A stretch of 64,000 nt of DNA from an uncultured Verrucomicrobiae bacterium (lineage in GTDB: Bacteria; Verrucomicrobiota; Verrucomicrobiia; Chthoniobacterales; Chthoniobacteraceae), in NCBI GenBank assembly GCA_963805815.1, contig CAWDWA010000010.1, positions 65,700-129,699 of the forward strand, written 5' to 3'. The position numbers and the translations under genes are program-made. Numbering within the stretch: the first letter of the stretch is position 1; each line of letters opens with the position of its first letter. This document shows, piece by piece, positions 40,902-51,249 of this stretch. A model generated the notes under the pieces. The model had not been told where the DNA came from. It searched no databases and worked only from the letters and a program-made list of their open reading frames with translations.

Positions 40902-42554
40902 CTACTTCGATGCCGATATGTAGATTCCGCGCCAATTCGCGGGAGGCGGCACTTGCAAGAAAGTCTTGCACCGTTCGATCAACACGGTGCTCGGAGGGTC
41001 GCTCGCGTTCTCCTGCAGGACAGCAAGCGCGCGATCGAAATTCCCGGCTGCATACGCTGAGAATGCGGTCTCATAAGCGGATACCACCTGCTGGCAGTGT
41101 TCCAAAGCGCCCTTCGTTCCAAGCAGCTCGTAGATCGTAATCGGGGCACTCTTTCCCTTAACCGCGACGACATCCAGGAAGCGAAAATCGAAAGCCTGAT
41201 TTGCGCGGTCGACGATGGTTTGGCTGGCGATGATCGACGTACCGTATAGCTTGTTGAGTCCTTCTAACCGTGAGGCGAGATTGATCGCATCTCCGATGGC
41301 CGTGTAACTCATCCGGTCGCGCGCCCCGAAATGTCCCACCAGAGCCTTGGCACAATGCAATCCGAAGCGTGTCTCAAAGGCGGGAAGCTCGTGCCATTCC
41401 GGCGCTTCCGCAAGAGACCGCGCCGCGCCGCGGCAGCGTAGCGCAGCGAGGCACGCCATGCTGGGGTGATCGGGCACCAGTTCCGGTGCGTTCCAGATCG
41501 CCATGATAGCATCGCCGATGTATTTGTCGATCGTGCCATGGGTGTCTAGCTGAATAATGTGTGAAAGCGTATCGAGGTAGAGACCGAGTAGGTCAGCAAG
41601 GCGATTTGGCTCGAGCTGCTCAGAGAGCGTCGTAAACTCCTTTATATCACTGAACATGATCGAAATTTCCATCAGCTCGCCACCAAGGACGGGCTCGCTT
41701 TTCTCGCGATAGAGTCTTTGAACGACATCCACCGGCGCGTACTTGCTCCAGATGCGCATCGCCGCCAGCTCGGCAGCGCGTTTCTTTTCGGTAAAGTCCC
41801 GGGAAATTCCGAATGTGCCGATGATTTTGCCTTGGGTGTCGCGCAAAGGCATCTTTGTGGTCGAAACCCAAGTATCTTCCTTGTTCGGCCATGTCTCCTT
41901 TTCCTCGTAGTCGATGATCGGAATGCCCGTGCGCATGATTTCGCGCTCGTCCGCAAGGGCGCGCTCGGCGTGCTCGGTAGTAAAAAAATCGCGGTCTGTC
42001 TTACCAATGAGTTCCGCCGGATCCGTCTTGCCGAACAAATAGGTTAAAGCCCGGCTGACCATGATGAAACGGCTGTCGAGGTCCTTGAAATAGATATTGT
42101 GCGGCAGATTTTCCATTAACGTGGTGAGGAGATTACGCTCTTTTGCCAGCGCCAATTCGGTCTCCCGGCGCTCGGTGATGTCCCAGGCGACGCCGACGAT
42201 CCGCGAAACCTTTGCATTGTCGTCGCAGTATGGTCTTGAACGCATCCTTACCACATGCTCGCTTCCGTCCGACAGCCAGCTCACCCGGAACTCTGTGTCC
42301 ATGCCGGTGGTGCCTACCGCGGACTCGCGGGCGAATTCGCCGCGAATCTTTTCCCGGTCTTCTACGTGCAGGAAACCAAGAAAATCCTCGTAATTTCCCG
42401 AGAACGCGCCGGGAGCCAGCCCGAAAAGGCTATGCATCCGGTCGTCCCACCACATCACGGCAGCAGGCACATCCAAATCCCAAGTTCCCATCTCTGCGGC
42501 ACTGAGCGCCAGATTCACTCGATCCGCCTCGCTGTCGCGGTGCGTATTGCTCAT
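40902..42554 (-). CDS. PAS/PAC sensor adenylate/guanylate cyclase (class III nucleotidyl cyclase)
   Basis: 550 aa. Two PAS-like regions, then a cyclase domain FSDIKEFTTLSEQL...GTIDKYIGDAIMAIWNAP...YTAIGDAINLASRLEG. Confidence 0.75.
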   Translation of the reverse strand: MSNTHRDSEADRVNLALSAAEMGTWDLDVPAAVMWWDDRMHSLFGLAPGAFSGNYEDFLGFLHVEDREKIRGEFARESAVGTTGMDTEFRVSWLSDGSEHVVRMRSRPYCDDNAKVSRIVGVAWDITERRETELALAKERNLLTTLMENLPHNIYFKDLDSRFIMVSRALTYLFGKTDPAELIGKTDRDFFTTEHAERALADEREIMRTGIPIIDYEEKETWPNKEDTWVSTTKMPLRDTQGKIIGTFGISRDFTEKKRAAELAAMRIWSKYAPVDVVQRLYREKSEPVLGGELMEISIMFSDIKEFTTLSEQLEPNRLADLLGLYLDTLSHIIQLDTHGTIDKYIGDAIMAIWNAPELVPDHPSMACLAALRCRGAARSLAEAPEWHELPAFETRFGLHCAKALVGHFGARDRMSYTAIGDAINLASRLEGLNKLYGTSIIASQTIVDRANQAFDFRFLDVVAVKGKSAPITIYELLGTKGALEHCQQVVSAYETAFSAYAAGNFDRALAVLQENASDPPSTVLIERCKTFLQVPPPANWRGIYISASK

Positions 42555-42800
42555 AGGAATGAGAAGAACCTCTACTTCGTTTCGGACTAAGGTTACGCTC
42601 TAATTCAACCGAGGTCGAGTATGGGAGATCCGCTTTGAGAATGGCTGCAGCACACAATCGATCTCGATAATGACCTCCGGCTGTCCGCGCTCCAAGGACG
42701 AGAATCGCCGGAAATGTTGTTAATTGCTCGGTAGCCGTTCACGGGGTAGTTTGAAAATGGTGAAGAAAAAGCTGGAGTCTCGATTTCGCTGGGTTTACGA

Positions 42801-43734
42801 GTGGGGGCGATGGACAAGGAGATCATCGTTCGCGGACGCAGGATTGGAGCGGCGGAAGTCGCGTTCATCCGGGGGCTGATTTCGAGAGTGGGGGCTCAGG
42901 GGTGTACGCATGTCTCGAGGGTTCTGTGCCGGCGGTGGGAGTGGCGTCAGGCCAACGGGAGCTACCGGGAGATTGCCTGCGGACTTGTTGCGGCAGCTCG
43001 ATCGCAAGGGTCTGATCGTGCTGCCGGCGATGCGCAAGCCGGCGCGGCGGCCCGGATGTACCAACACCGTGGCGCCCCTGCCGCCGATGGACACCGCGAT
43101 TCTGGAAGCACCGCTTTCGCGCCTCCGCCCGCAGGTCCGTGTCGAGCTGGTCAAAGGCAACGCAGGGGAGCGGCTCCACAACAGTTTGGTGGCCCGCTAT
43201 CACTATCTGGGATACCGTCAACCCACAGGGGCCGCGCTCAAGTATCTTTGCTATTGCGGCGAGCGCGTTGTCGCCGCCCTGGGCTTCGGTCCGGCGGCAT
43301 GGAAGGTGGCCTGCCGGGCCGCTTTTATCGGCTGGGAACCCGCCGTCCGTGAAGCCAATCTGCCCGGAGTCGTCAACAACGACCGCTTTGTGATTCTGCC
43401 CTGGGTTCGGGTGCCGCATCTGGCTTCCTTCCTTCTGGGGCATTGTCTGCGGCGGCTGCGGCGCGACTGGATGGCACACTATGCCACGCCTATCGTGCTG
43501 GCGGAGACGTTCGTCGAGCGTGAGCGTTTTGCAGGCACCTGCTACCGCGCGGCCAACTGGCGCCGGCTCGGAGAGACACGCGGACGCGGCCGTAACGACC
43601 GCACGCACCGCAACGCCGAACCGGTGCGCGATGTGCTGGTTTATCCGCTGTGTCGGCGCTTCCGGGAGCGCCTTTGCCAGAGCAAGGCGATGCCGCGGAG
43701 CCGCGGCGATGGGGTGCCCGGAGCTCAGCCATGA
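42801..43734 (+). pseudogene. DUF4338-like (DruA-like) orf1 of the IS66-like element, copy 2, with a 2-bp deletion frameshift at about 42978
   Basis: Copy 1 has ...gcctgccgggacttg..., copy 2 has ...gcctgcggacttg.... The conceptual product is about 310 aa (ARYHYLGYRQPTGAALKYLCY...FIGWEP...VVNNDRFVILPWVRVPHLASFLLGHCLRRL...FVERERFAGTCYRAANW). Its stop overlaps the tnpC start. Confidence 0.6.
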
Positions 43735-45203
43735 TCGCCGGCGCTTTGCTTTGCGAGTCCTGCGCGCGGCTGCGCGAGGAGAACACGATCCTCGTCGCCA
43801 GCCAGGCGCAGTTGCGCGAAGAGCTGGCCGTGTCCCAGCGACGGATCGACTCGCTCGAAGCCCGGATCGCGGCACTGAGCAAGAACTCGCGAAACTCCTC
43901 CAAGCCTCCTTCCAGCGATATCGTCAAGCCCGGGCCCAGCGCTCGCAAGGAAGCCGGGCGCAAGATCGGCGGGCAGCCCGGCCACCGGCGCCACGAGCGA
44001 ATTCTCTTCTGTGAGGAGGAACTCAGCGTAGCGCCTTTCGAGCACTATGCATCCACCTGTCCCTGTTGCGGAGGCGAAGGCATTCCAGAGCCCGAGTGGG
44101 AGCCGAAGGTTCTCCAGCACGTCGAGATCAGGGAGATCCCCCTCTACAAGGAGGAGCATCGCTATCATGCCTGCCGATGCGCCGGGTGCCAAAAAGTCTA
44201 CTATGCGCAACCCTCTGCATTCCTGCAGAAAGCTGGCCTGTGTGGGCCGCAGCTCACCGCCCTCATTGCATACATGAAAAGCGCGCTCCATGCCTCCTAT
44301 TCCGCAATCCGGCGCTTCCTGCGCAACGTGGTTGGTCTGAAGTTCTCACGCGGTTATCTGGTGAAGCTCATTGCCAGGGTGAGCTGCGCCCTGCAGGATC
44401 CCTACGAGCAGCTCATGGCCGCGCTGGCAAACGAACCCGCCCTGCACGTCGACGAAACCGGGCACAAGGACAACGGCCAGCGGTTCTGGACCTGGGTGTT
44501 CCGCGCCGAACTCTACGTGCTTTTCAAGATCGAGGACACCCGCAGCTCGCAGGTCCTTATCGACGTGCTGGGCGACGAGTTCAACGGTGTGCTGGGCTGT
44601 GACTTCTTCAGTGCCTACCGCAAATACATGCGCGAGTTCGATGTGCGGGTGCAGTTCTGTCTGGCCCATTTGATCCGTGAGATCCGCTACCTCTGCGGGC
44701 TGCCCGAGGGTCCCGGTCCGGCCTACGGGCACAAGCTCCTGGAAGCCATCCGGGAGATGTTCGCACTGATTGCGCGAGCGCAGGACAAAGGGCTGAAGCG
44801 CGAAGCGATCCGCGGCCCACTGGAAGCGGCCCGCGAGCGGATCCTGCAGGTGGCGCGCCAGGAGGCTCCCGCGGAGCGCACCGGCAGCGCGGGACTTCGG
44901 GCTGCGTATAACCTCGCGGCGCGGCTGGAGAAATACGGAGCGTCCTATTTTGAGTTCATCACCACGCCCGAGATTGAGCCGACCAACAACCCGGCCGAGC
45001 AGGCTATCCGTTTCATCGTCATCGACCGTCTGATCACCCAGGGCACCCGGGGCGCGAGCGGCCGCCAGTTCTGCGAGCGGATCTGGACGGTGCTGGCCAC
45101 GTGCGCCGCCCAGAAACGTGACGTGCTCGCCTATCTGACTGCAGCAGTGCAAACTTCATTTCGCAACGAGCCGCCACCCTCGCTCATGCCCGCCGGTCCC
45201 TGA
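43731..45203 (+). CDS. tnpC: IS66-family transposase TnpC (leucine zipper, zinc finger, DDE)
   Basis: About 490 aa from MIAGALL (the ORF is open from 43650). Contains NSRNSSKPPSSDI, GGQPGHRRH, CPCCGG, LHVDETGH and the C-terminal IS66 region. Confidence 0.85.
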   Translation: MIAGALLCESCARLREENTILVASQAQLREELAVSQRRIDSLEARIAALSKNSRNSSKPPSSDIVKPGPSARKEAGRKIGGQPGHRRHERILFCEEELSVAPFEHYASTCPCCGGEGIPEPEWEPKVLQHVEIREIPLYKEEHRYHACRCAGCQKVYYAQPSAFLQKAGLCGPQLTALIAYMKSALHASYSAIRRFLRNVVGLKFSRGYLVKLIARVSCALQDPYEQLMAALANEPALHVDETGHKDNGQRFWTWVFRAELYVLFKIEDTRSSQVLIDVLGDEFNGVLGCDFFSAYRKYMREFDVRVQFCLAHLIREIRYLCGLPEGPGPAYGHKLLEAIREMFALIARAQDKGLKREAIRGPLEAARERILQVARQEAPAERTGSAGLRAAYNLAARLEKYGASYFEFITTPEIEPTNNPAEQAIRFIVIDRLITQGTRGASGRQFCERIWTVLATCAAQKRDVLAYLTAAVQTSFRNEPPPSLMPAGP

Positions 45204-45576
45204 GCCCGTTCCGCTCCCGCGCTCATGGCTTGTCTACCCCGTGGACGGTTACATTGCTCGGAACACTTCTCGATGATCCGGTCCGGGTTAATGATGGCAG
45301 CGCCTTCACGCGCCTGTTTCCTGTTTCAGCGTGAAGTGCGAGAGGCGAAATAAACGCGAGCGGGAGAGGTGGAGAAAGACATATGCCTCATGTTCCAAGA
45401 ATTGATAGCCATCTAGTGCAGAGAGCTGGCGGAGCCTTCCCGACGTATGGTTAGCGGACTGGCTTGGCCAGAGTCTCATGAAATTGTTGCCGTGGTGCGG
45501 GCAGTCACGAACAAGACACCCGGATGTGGCGATAGATAACGTTCGAGTGAGCGCAGCGAACGGCTTGAACGCATTG

Positions 45577-45972
45577 CTAGGCACCACTGCGCTTCTTTTT
45601 TGCGTGACTCAACCGCTTCTTATTTGCCACTGCTTTGCGCTGAATTGGTGTCAAACCCTTACGCGCCATTTCCTCTCCAGCCAACGGCGTTTGCACGATC
45701 GCCGACTTCACGACGGCATGCGGCACCATCCAAGGCGTCAGCCAATTCGCAGCGACGGTCGTTAGCATTTTCTGTTGATACCGAATCACCTCGAAAAACA
45801 TAGCATTCCAGGATTCACCAAAACCCACCACTTTCTCAGACCACATGCGATAGCACTCGTGGTAAGCATCTGACGACGGCTGGACCGATGACAAGCGAAT
45901 CAACCGATGTGCGACTACTTGCGGGGCCGCCATTGCCAATTCGATTGACTGGATGGGAACGGATTTCTTCAT
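45577..45972 (-). CDS. Hypothetical protein (possibly phasin-like)
   Basis: 131 aa ORF with a basic C-terminus. No confident domain assignment from sequence alone. Confidence 0.3.
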   Translation of the reverse strand: MKKSVPIQSIELAMAAPQVVAHRLIRLSSVQPSSDAYHECYRMWSEKVVGFGESWNAMFFEVIRYQQKMLTTVAANWLTPWMVPHAVVKSAIVQTPLAGEEMARKGLTPIQRKAVANKKRLSHAKKKRSGA

Positions 45973-47127
45973 GACTCAGCTTCTAATATCATCGCTCATT
46001 TTCTCGGACAACTCTGCTTTTTCGTTTTTTTCGCCTAGCTCGTACACTCATACGACATGATCACCACGTCGGTTCCTCGATAGACCGCAGCCTCGACAAA
46101 AGAGGGCTCTTCAAAGTAATCTGTGGGTAAGAATGGGATTTCTGCGGAGGTCTCGCGGCTTCAATGCGCGACTTACTCACAATTTCCTGATCCCTCCCGT
46201 CCGTCTGCTCCGACGTGAAGGATCCGCCGAGGCGGACATTCTCGCAGGCGGCCGGGAGGGGAAAATTGCGAATAAGTCTTTAGCGCCGTCGCGCGGATGG
46301 GAGCAAGAGCGCAAAAGACGAGAGGCTCGCAAATGGCATGGATTGCCGTAAGCGGTCTCGACATGAAGAATCTGACGGTCAAGTCCCTGTTGAGAGAGGT
46401 CGCTGCGCACAAGGGATTCCGCTACGCGGAAGTACGCCGCAACGCGATGTCCGGGGACGTGCTTGAAGTTGCGGTCGAGCCACGCAAGGGCAGCCGGGGG
46501 CGCTGCGGAAAATGCAGCCGGCCCGGCCCGACCTACGACCATCAGCCCGAGCGAATGTGGTGCTTCGTGCCTCTGTGGGCATTCGTGGTGTTTCTGGTGT
46601 ATACGCCGCGACGGATCGCCTGCGGGCGATGCGGAATCCGGGCCGAGAGGATTCCGTGGGCCCCACCGGCAAGCTGCGGATCTGCGACGCGATGCGGCTC
46701 TTCCTGGCGCACTGGGCGCGGCGGCTCTCCTGGCGAGAGACCGCCGCGGTCTTCGAAGTGTCGTGGGCCGATGTCTACGGGGCGGTGAAGTGGGTGGTGG
46801 ACTACGGTCTGCACCACCGCTGCCTGGAAGGTGTGCACGCGTTGGGCATCGACGAGATCCACGTCGGCAGGAAGGAGAAGTTCTGGACTCTCGTTTATCA
46901 GATCGATGAGGGTTGCCGACGACTTCTGTGGGTTGGAAGGGATCGCAGCACGGCGACGCTGGAGCGCTGCTTCGAGCAGTTCGGATTCGAGTTCTGCGAA
47001 CGCATCGCCTTCGTGTGCTCGGATATGTGGAAGCCCTATCTCGACGTCGCGGCGGAGTGCCTGCCTGCAGCGCTGCACTGGTTCTCCCCCAAAAAAGTGG
47101 ACGCTTAGAGCGCAGTGGATTTGTAGG

Positions 47128-48006
47128 TTAGTTTAGTGATGGGTTAAGGTTTTTAAAGTAATTATTGAGGAAAGTTTTTGGACTGATATAGCCAATAGAG
47201 CTGTGTAGGCGTTTACGGTTGTAAAACGTCTCGAGATAGTCGAAGACAGCAGTGGAAGCGGAGGCTTTTGACTCGAAAACGCTGCGTTGATCAAAGAGTT
47301 CGCTCTTGATCGAGGCAAAGGCACTCTCGGCAAAGGCGTTATCATAGCAATATCCGCTAGCGCTCATACTTTGGCGCAGTCGGGCACGGGCGAGCTGGGT
47401 GCGAGTAACGCCGGCAGTATATTGACAACCGCGGTCAGAATGGAAAATGGCATCCGCTGTGATCAGGCCCGAAGCGAGGGCACGCCGCAGGGCGCTGGTG
47501 ACCAGGCTGGCGTCCATTGAAGGGGCAAGTTTCCAGCCGAGGATGGATCGGGAGAAGAGGTCGAGAACGATAACGAGGTAGAGCCATCCTTCTTTGGTGG
47601 GGATATAGGTGATGTCGCTAACGAGTTGGGTGCCCGGAGCGGTGGGCGGACCGGCCTGCGCCAACAGATTCGGTGAAGGGTGGGCGGCGTGATCTGGCCG
47701 GGTTGTCTTCGGTCGGAAAGGCCTGCGGGGCCTGGCACGGATCCCTTCGCGGCGCATGAGAGCGGCGACGCGGTTTTCCGAGCAGACATGACCATTGGCA
47801 TGAAGTTCGTGTGTCATTCGCGGGCTGCCATAGGAGTGAGTGTGGCGGTGGTGGTGAATGAGGTTCATGGCATCGAGGAGCTTGCGGTTTTCTTCCTCGC
47901 GCCTGCTCACCGGGCGTATGGCAGCGGCGTGATAACCGCTCCTGGTGACCCCGAGAGCTTCGCAGAGTTCGGTAATGGAATAGTTTTCCCGCATCGCCTT
48001 GATCAT
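47128..48006 (-). CDS. IS3-family transposase OrfB, copy 2
   Basis: 292 aa, differs from copy 1 at only a couple of residues. Confidence 0.85.
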   Translation of the reverse strand: MIKAMRENYSITELCEALGVTRSGYHAAAIRPVSRREEENRKLLDAMNLIHHHRHTHSYGSPRMTHELHANGHVCSENRVAALMRREGIRARPRRPFRPKTTRPDHAAHPSPNLLAQAGPPTAPGTQLVSDITYIPTKEGWLYLVIVLDLFSRSILGWKLAPSMDASLVTSALRRALASGLITADAIFHSDRGCQYTAGVTRTQLARARLRQSMSASGYCYDNAFAESAFASIKSELFDQRSVFESKASASTAVFDYLETFYNRKRLHSSIGYISPKTFLNNYFKNLNPSLN

Positions 48007-48379
48007 CGCATACTGCTCTCTGCGGGTCCTCCGAGAGTATGCTCATGGCTTTTTTTAGGATCTCTCTCTGGCGGCGCAGATATTCGTTCTCGCGCTGAAG
48101 CCGACGGATCTCTGCGGCCGGATCGGTAAGGGGCGCTCCGCTGCGGCCTTTCGACTCCGTCGAAGCGGCCTCCGCTGCACGCCTCTTACCGAGAGCCTTG
48201 TTCCGCCAGGCTCGCAGAGAGTTGGTCGAAATACCGAGATCATCGGCAACCTGTTTGAGCGGCCGCCCGCTGCTGAGCAGAAGATTGACAGCTTCCTGCC
48301 GGAATTCGTTGTCGTAGGGTGAATGGGATCGAGGCATGTCTGCAGTCCTTTCTGGATTGACTGCGCCCTCCCTGTCCAC
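48007..48379 (-). CDS. IS3-family transposase OrfA, copy 2 (stop lost, reads on into the orfB region in another frame)
   Basis: ORF 47618..48379 begins identically to copy-1 OrfA but continues past DPQR because of a 2-bp insertion near 48012. Confidence 0.7.
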
Positions 48380-48926
48380 GAAATCGGGGGAACTTTACAC
48401 ATTCTCGACCGCTTCCACATCGTCAAGAAGATGAACGAGGCGATCGACGAAATCCGGCGCGCAGAAAGCCGGGCGCTGGCTGCTGCGGGCCTCGCGCCAC
48501 TGCTCAAGAAAATGCGCTGGGCGTTCCTGAAGCGGCGCACCAACTGGACCAGAGGGCAGAGATCGCGGATGCGGGCGCTCGAATGCAGCTCGCTGCGAAC
48601 TATGCGAGCCTTCGTACTTGTGGAGGGTTTCCAGCATTTCTGGACCTATGTGTCGCCCTGCTGGGCGGGGAAGTTCCTCGACGCCTGGTGCCGGCGGACG
48701 ATGCGCAGCCGACTCGATCCACTCAAGAAAATCGCCCGCAGCCTGCGCAACCACCGTCCCCTTCTCATGAACTATTTCAAGGCGAGGAAAGCGTATTCTA
48801 GCGCAGTGGTCGAGGGACTCAACAACAAGGTGAAACTGACCGTGAAACGCTCCTATGGGTTCCGTACCGCCGCCGCACGCGAAGTGGCTCTCTACCACAC
48901 GCTTGGAAAGCTACCAGAACCGATGT

Positions 48927-49403
48927 TTACCCACAGTTTCTTTTGAGCAGGCCAAAAGACCAACCGAGTCGTGAATAAAACTGCTCTTTGCTGGGAGTGT
49001 AGAGGTAGAGTCGTCGCACGCCAAGTGCCGTCGCTTCCTCAACGATTCGTCGGACCAATGCGGTACCGATACCATTGCACCGGTTATCTGGCGCGACAAA
49101 AACGCCAGCCAGCCACGGCGACAACTTCAAACGCGTGTCCATGTCGTGCTCAATCAACATGGTCAAACCGACCAAAGTGCCGTTGGCAAACGATACCACG
49201 ACTGTCGGTATCTCCCGGTGTCCACAACTCGCTCGGAGCCGCACGATACGCCCCTCCACTGAAATACCGGGCTGCAAATACGCCCACTCGCGATGGTGCC
49301 ACTCCGAAAGGGTGGGAATGAAGTGTTGGTGATCTGCAAGGTAGTCGATTTGTAAGGAGCCACCCGCGCGAGGTAACAGGAACTTCTGCGACACGCAGCC
49401 CAT
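48927..49403 (-). CDS. GNAT-family N-acetyltransferase
   Basis: 158 aa. LVGLTMLIEHDMD...FVAPDNRCNGIGTALVRRIVEEATALGVRRLYLYT is a typical GNAT motif A/B. Confidence 0.75.
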   Translation of the reverse strand: MGCVSQKFLLPRAGGSLQIDYLADHQHFIPTLSEWHHREWAYLQPGISVEGRIVRLRASCGHREIPTVVVSFANGTLVGLTMLIEHDMDTRLKLSPWLAGVFVAPDNRCNGIGTALVRRIVEEATALGVRRLYLYTPSKEQFYSRLGWSFGLLKRNCG

Positions 49404-50154
49404 ACTAAGAAAACCAATCTAATCAAGAAATGCGAAAAACACCCGCAGTTGCTGATGGTTTCGGATTGGGAAAAGATGCGGATCATTCAGCATTCAAAGG
49501 GGTTCCATGGACCTTTCCTCAGCTTCGCCACGAAGACCGTCGATCAGGGCTATACCGAATTCGAAGCAATGATCCGAACCATCCTTTGAATGCCGCTTCG
49601 GTAGTTGAGATCGCCCACTTTCTCGACGCGACCCTTGAGCATCGGCAGCAATTGTTGCGGAAAGCCTCGCTCCCCCCAATACCAACTTCGGCTCAACGTG
49701 CTGTTGAACGTCTGCCCCTCCAAACTCCAAGGAAAATCCAACACCGCTTTGTTCCCTCCCCTGAGATCGACCAATTCCGTACGGGCGGCACGCCCATCTC
49801 CCCCCATCATTTTTGAACTGTCGGCGAAATTGAGAACCCGCCGTCCTCCGACAGGTCGAGCGCGTCGATTGCCTTGAACAGGTCCACCATCCATTGCGGC
49901 GGATCGATCTCCCGCATTTTCTCGCAAATATTCATTATGCATGAATCCTTTCGTCCTTTCGCCATTGAGCCCTTTCGACCGGCGACGCTCTAAGACGTGC
50001 GTGTTTCGATTTGTGCCTTGGCGATAACCAAGCCCAATCGCGTCCAGGAAACTTGTCAAATCGTCGGTAGCTGCGGAAAATAATATTATGCTGTGATGCT
50101 CGGCCCTGAATGCTGCCCCGGTAGTTGCCATAGCGCACTTTCTCGACGAGTCCC

Positions 50155-51086
50155 TTGAGCATCGCCGTGAAACTCAAGCCGCGTCCCGCATCGAGTTCGC
50201 AACTCATACTCGACGGGCTTGTGAATTTTCTTCGTGCTCTGACATCGTCGGCGCCCGTAGCGTTGGCAATTGAACGATTTCTTTCGAAAAAAACAAATCG
50301 AGCGTCCAATCCAGCGCCACGCGGGCCTTCTTTGGCCGGCGGGGGGGGCGCGGGCGCTGAAACGGTCGGTGCCGTTAACGATTTCCTTCGTGAAGGAATG
50401 AAGTTCTATCACCGCTTGACGGAGGACATGCTCCGTGTGGTGCTGGTGCATCCCGGCGAAGAGATTCTGCCGGAACTGGGTAAAGGCTCGGTCGTTATGC
50501 GCAGAAAAAACTCGAGGCGCGTGGCGTTGAGATCCGTCTCAGGACGAAGGTCACGGGCTTCGATGGCCAGGAGGTGACGCTGAACGAAGGCACAAAGATC
50601 GCCACGCGCCAATTGATCTGGACGGCCTGCACTACACCGCCGCTGCTTCTCGCGCGGTTGCCGTGCGCGTTGCAACGGGGTCGCGTTGTCGCAGATGAAT
50701 GTATGCGCGTACCCAAATTTCCCGGCGTCTGGGCGTTGAGCGATTGCGCGCTTGTGCCCGACCCGCTCGATCCGGGGAAGTTTTATCCGCCGACGGCCCA
50801 GCATGCGATTCGTCAGGCTGCATCGCTCGCAAAAAACATCGAGGCAGCATTGCGCGGCCAGCCGCCGCAGGCGTTAAAATTCAAGATACTCGGCATGCTG
50901 GCTGCAATCGGGCGGCGCACGGGCGTGGCGGAGATTTTAGACATGAGATTCTCCGGCATCATCGCCTGCTGGCTGTGGCGATGCATTTACCTGAGCAAAC
51001 TACCGGACTTCCAACCACCACAGTCAGCGTTTTTCTGCGCTCGGCTTCGACGAGCTGATTGTCCGCGAGCTCCAAAGCATCAATGA
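50155..51086 (+). pseudogene. ndh: Type II NADH:quinone oxidoreductase (NDH-2) remnant, C-terminal two-thirds, frameshifted at about 50520-50575
   Basis: LAGGGGAGAET...VVLVHPGEEILPELG then (next frame) EVTLNEGTKIATRQLIWTA...PGVWALSDCALVPD...PPTAQHAIRQA...WLWRCIYLSKLP matches the NDH-2 second Rossmann domain and C-terminus. Confidence 0.55.
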
Positions 51087-51249
51087 TCTGATTGCGCACC
51101 ACAAGGGCGTCTCCCAGCGTCTTCATGGTCAGCGCATGCTCTTTGAGACCCGGCGTGTGAAAAAAATTCGTTACCGCGCCGAGCGCCAGCACGAGCTGGT
51201 CGTCTCTACTAACGAATCTTCGATCGTCATCGTCGTCCCTCCCTACAGG

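Larger units (their letters stand above)
42729..45256 (+). mobile_element. IS66-like insertion sequence copy 2 (2.53 kb) with non-canonical gene content: a DUF4338-like orf1 plus TnpC, and no TnpA/TnpB
   Basis: Terminal IRs gtagccgttcacggggtag (42729-42747) and ctaccccgtggacggttac (45238-45256). 8-bp direct repeat attgctcg on both flanks (42721-42728 and 45257-45264), as expected for IS66. Confidence 0.75.
47077..48392 (-). mobile_element. IS3-family insertion sequence copy 2, inserted in the ISL3 transposase gene with a 3-bp TSD cac
   Basis: Near-identical to copy 1 (18869-20179). Flanks ctgcac|IS|cacattctcgac. The orfA/orfB junction differs from copy 1 by a 2-bp indel. Confidence 0.8.
46290..48950 (+). 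mobile_element. ISL3-family insertion sequence, split by an IS3 insertion and internally frameshifted
   Basis: Transposase N-part 46297..47076 (zf-ISL3-like CGKCSRPGPT...CGRCG and MWKPYLDVAAE). C-part 48393..48946 (ILDRFHIVKKMNEAIDEIRR...EGLNNKVKLTVKRSYGFR). Confidence 0.7.
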
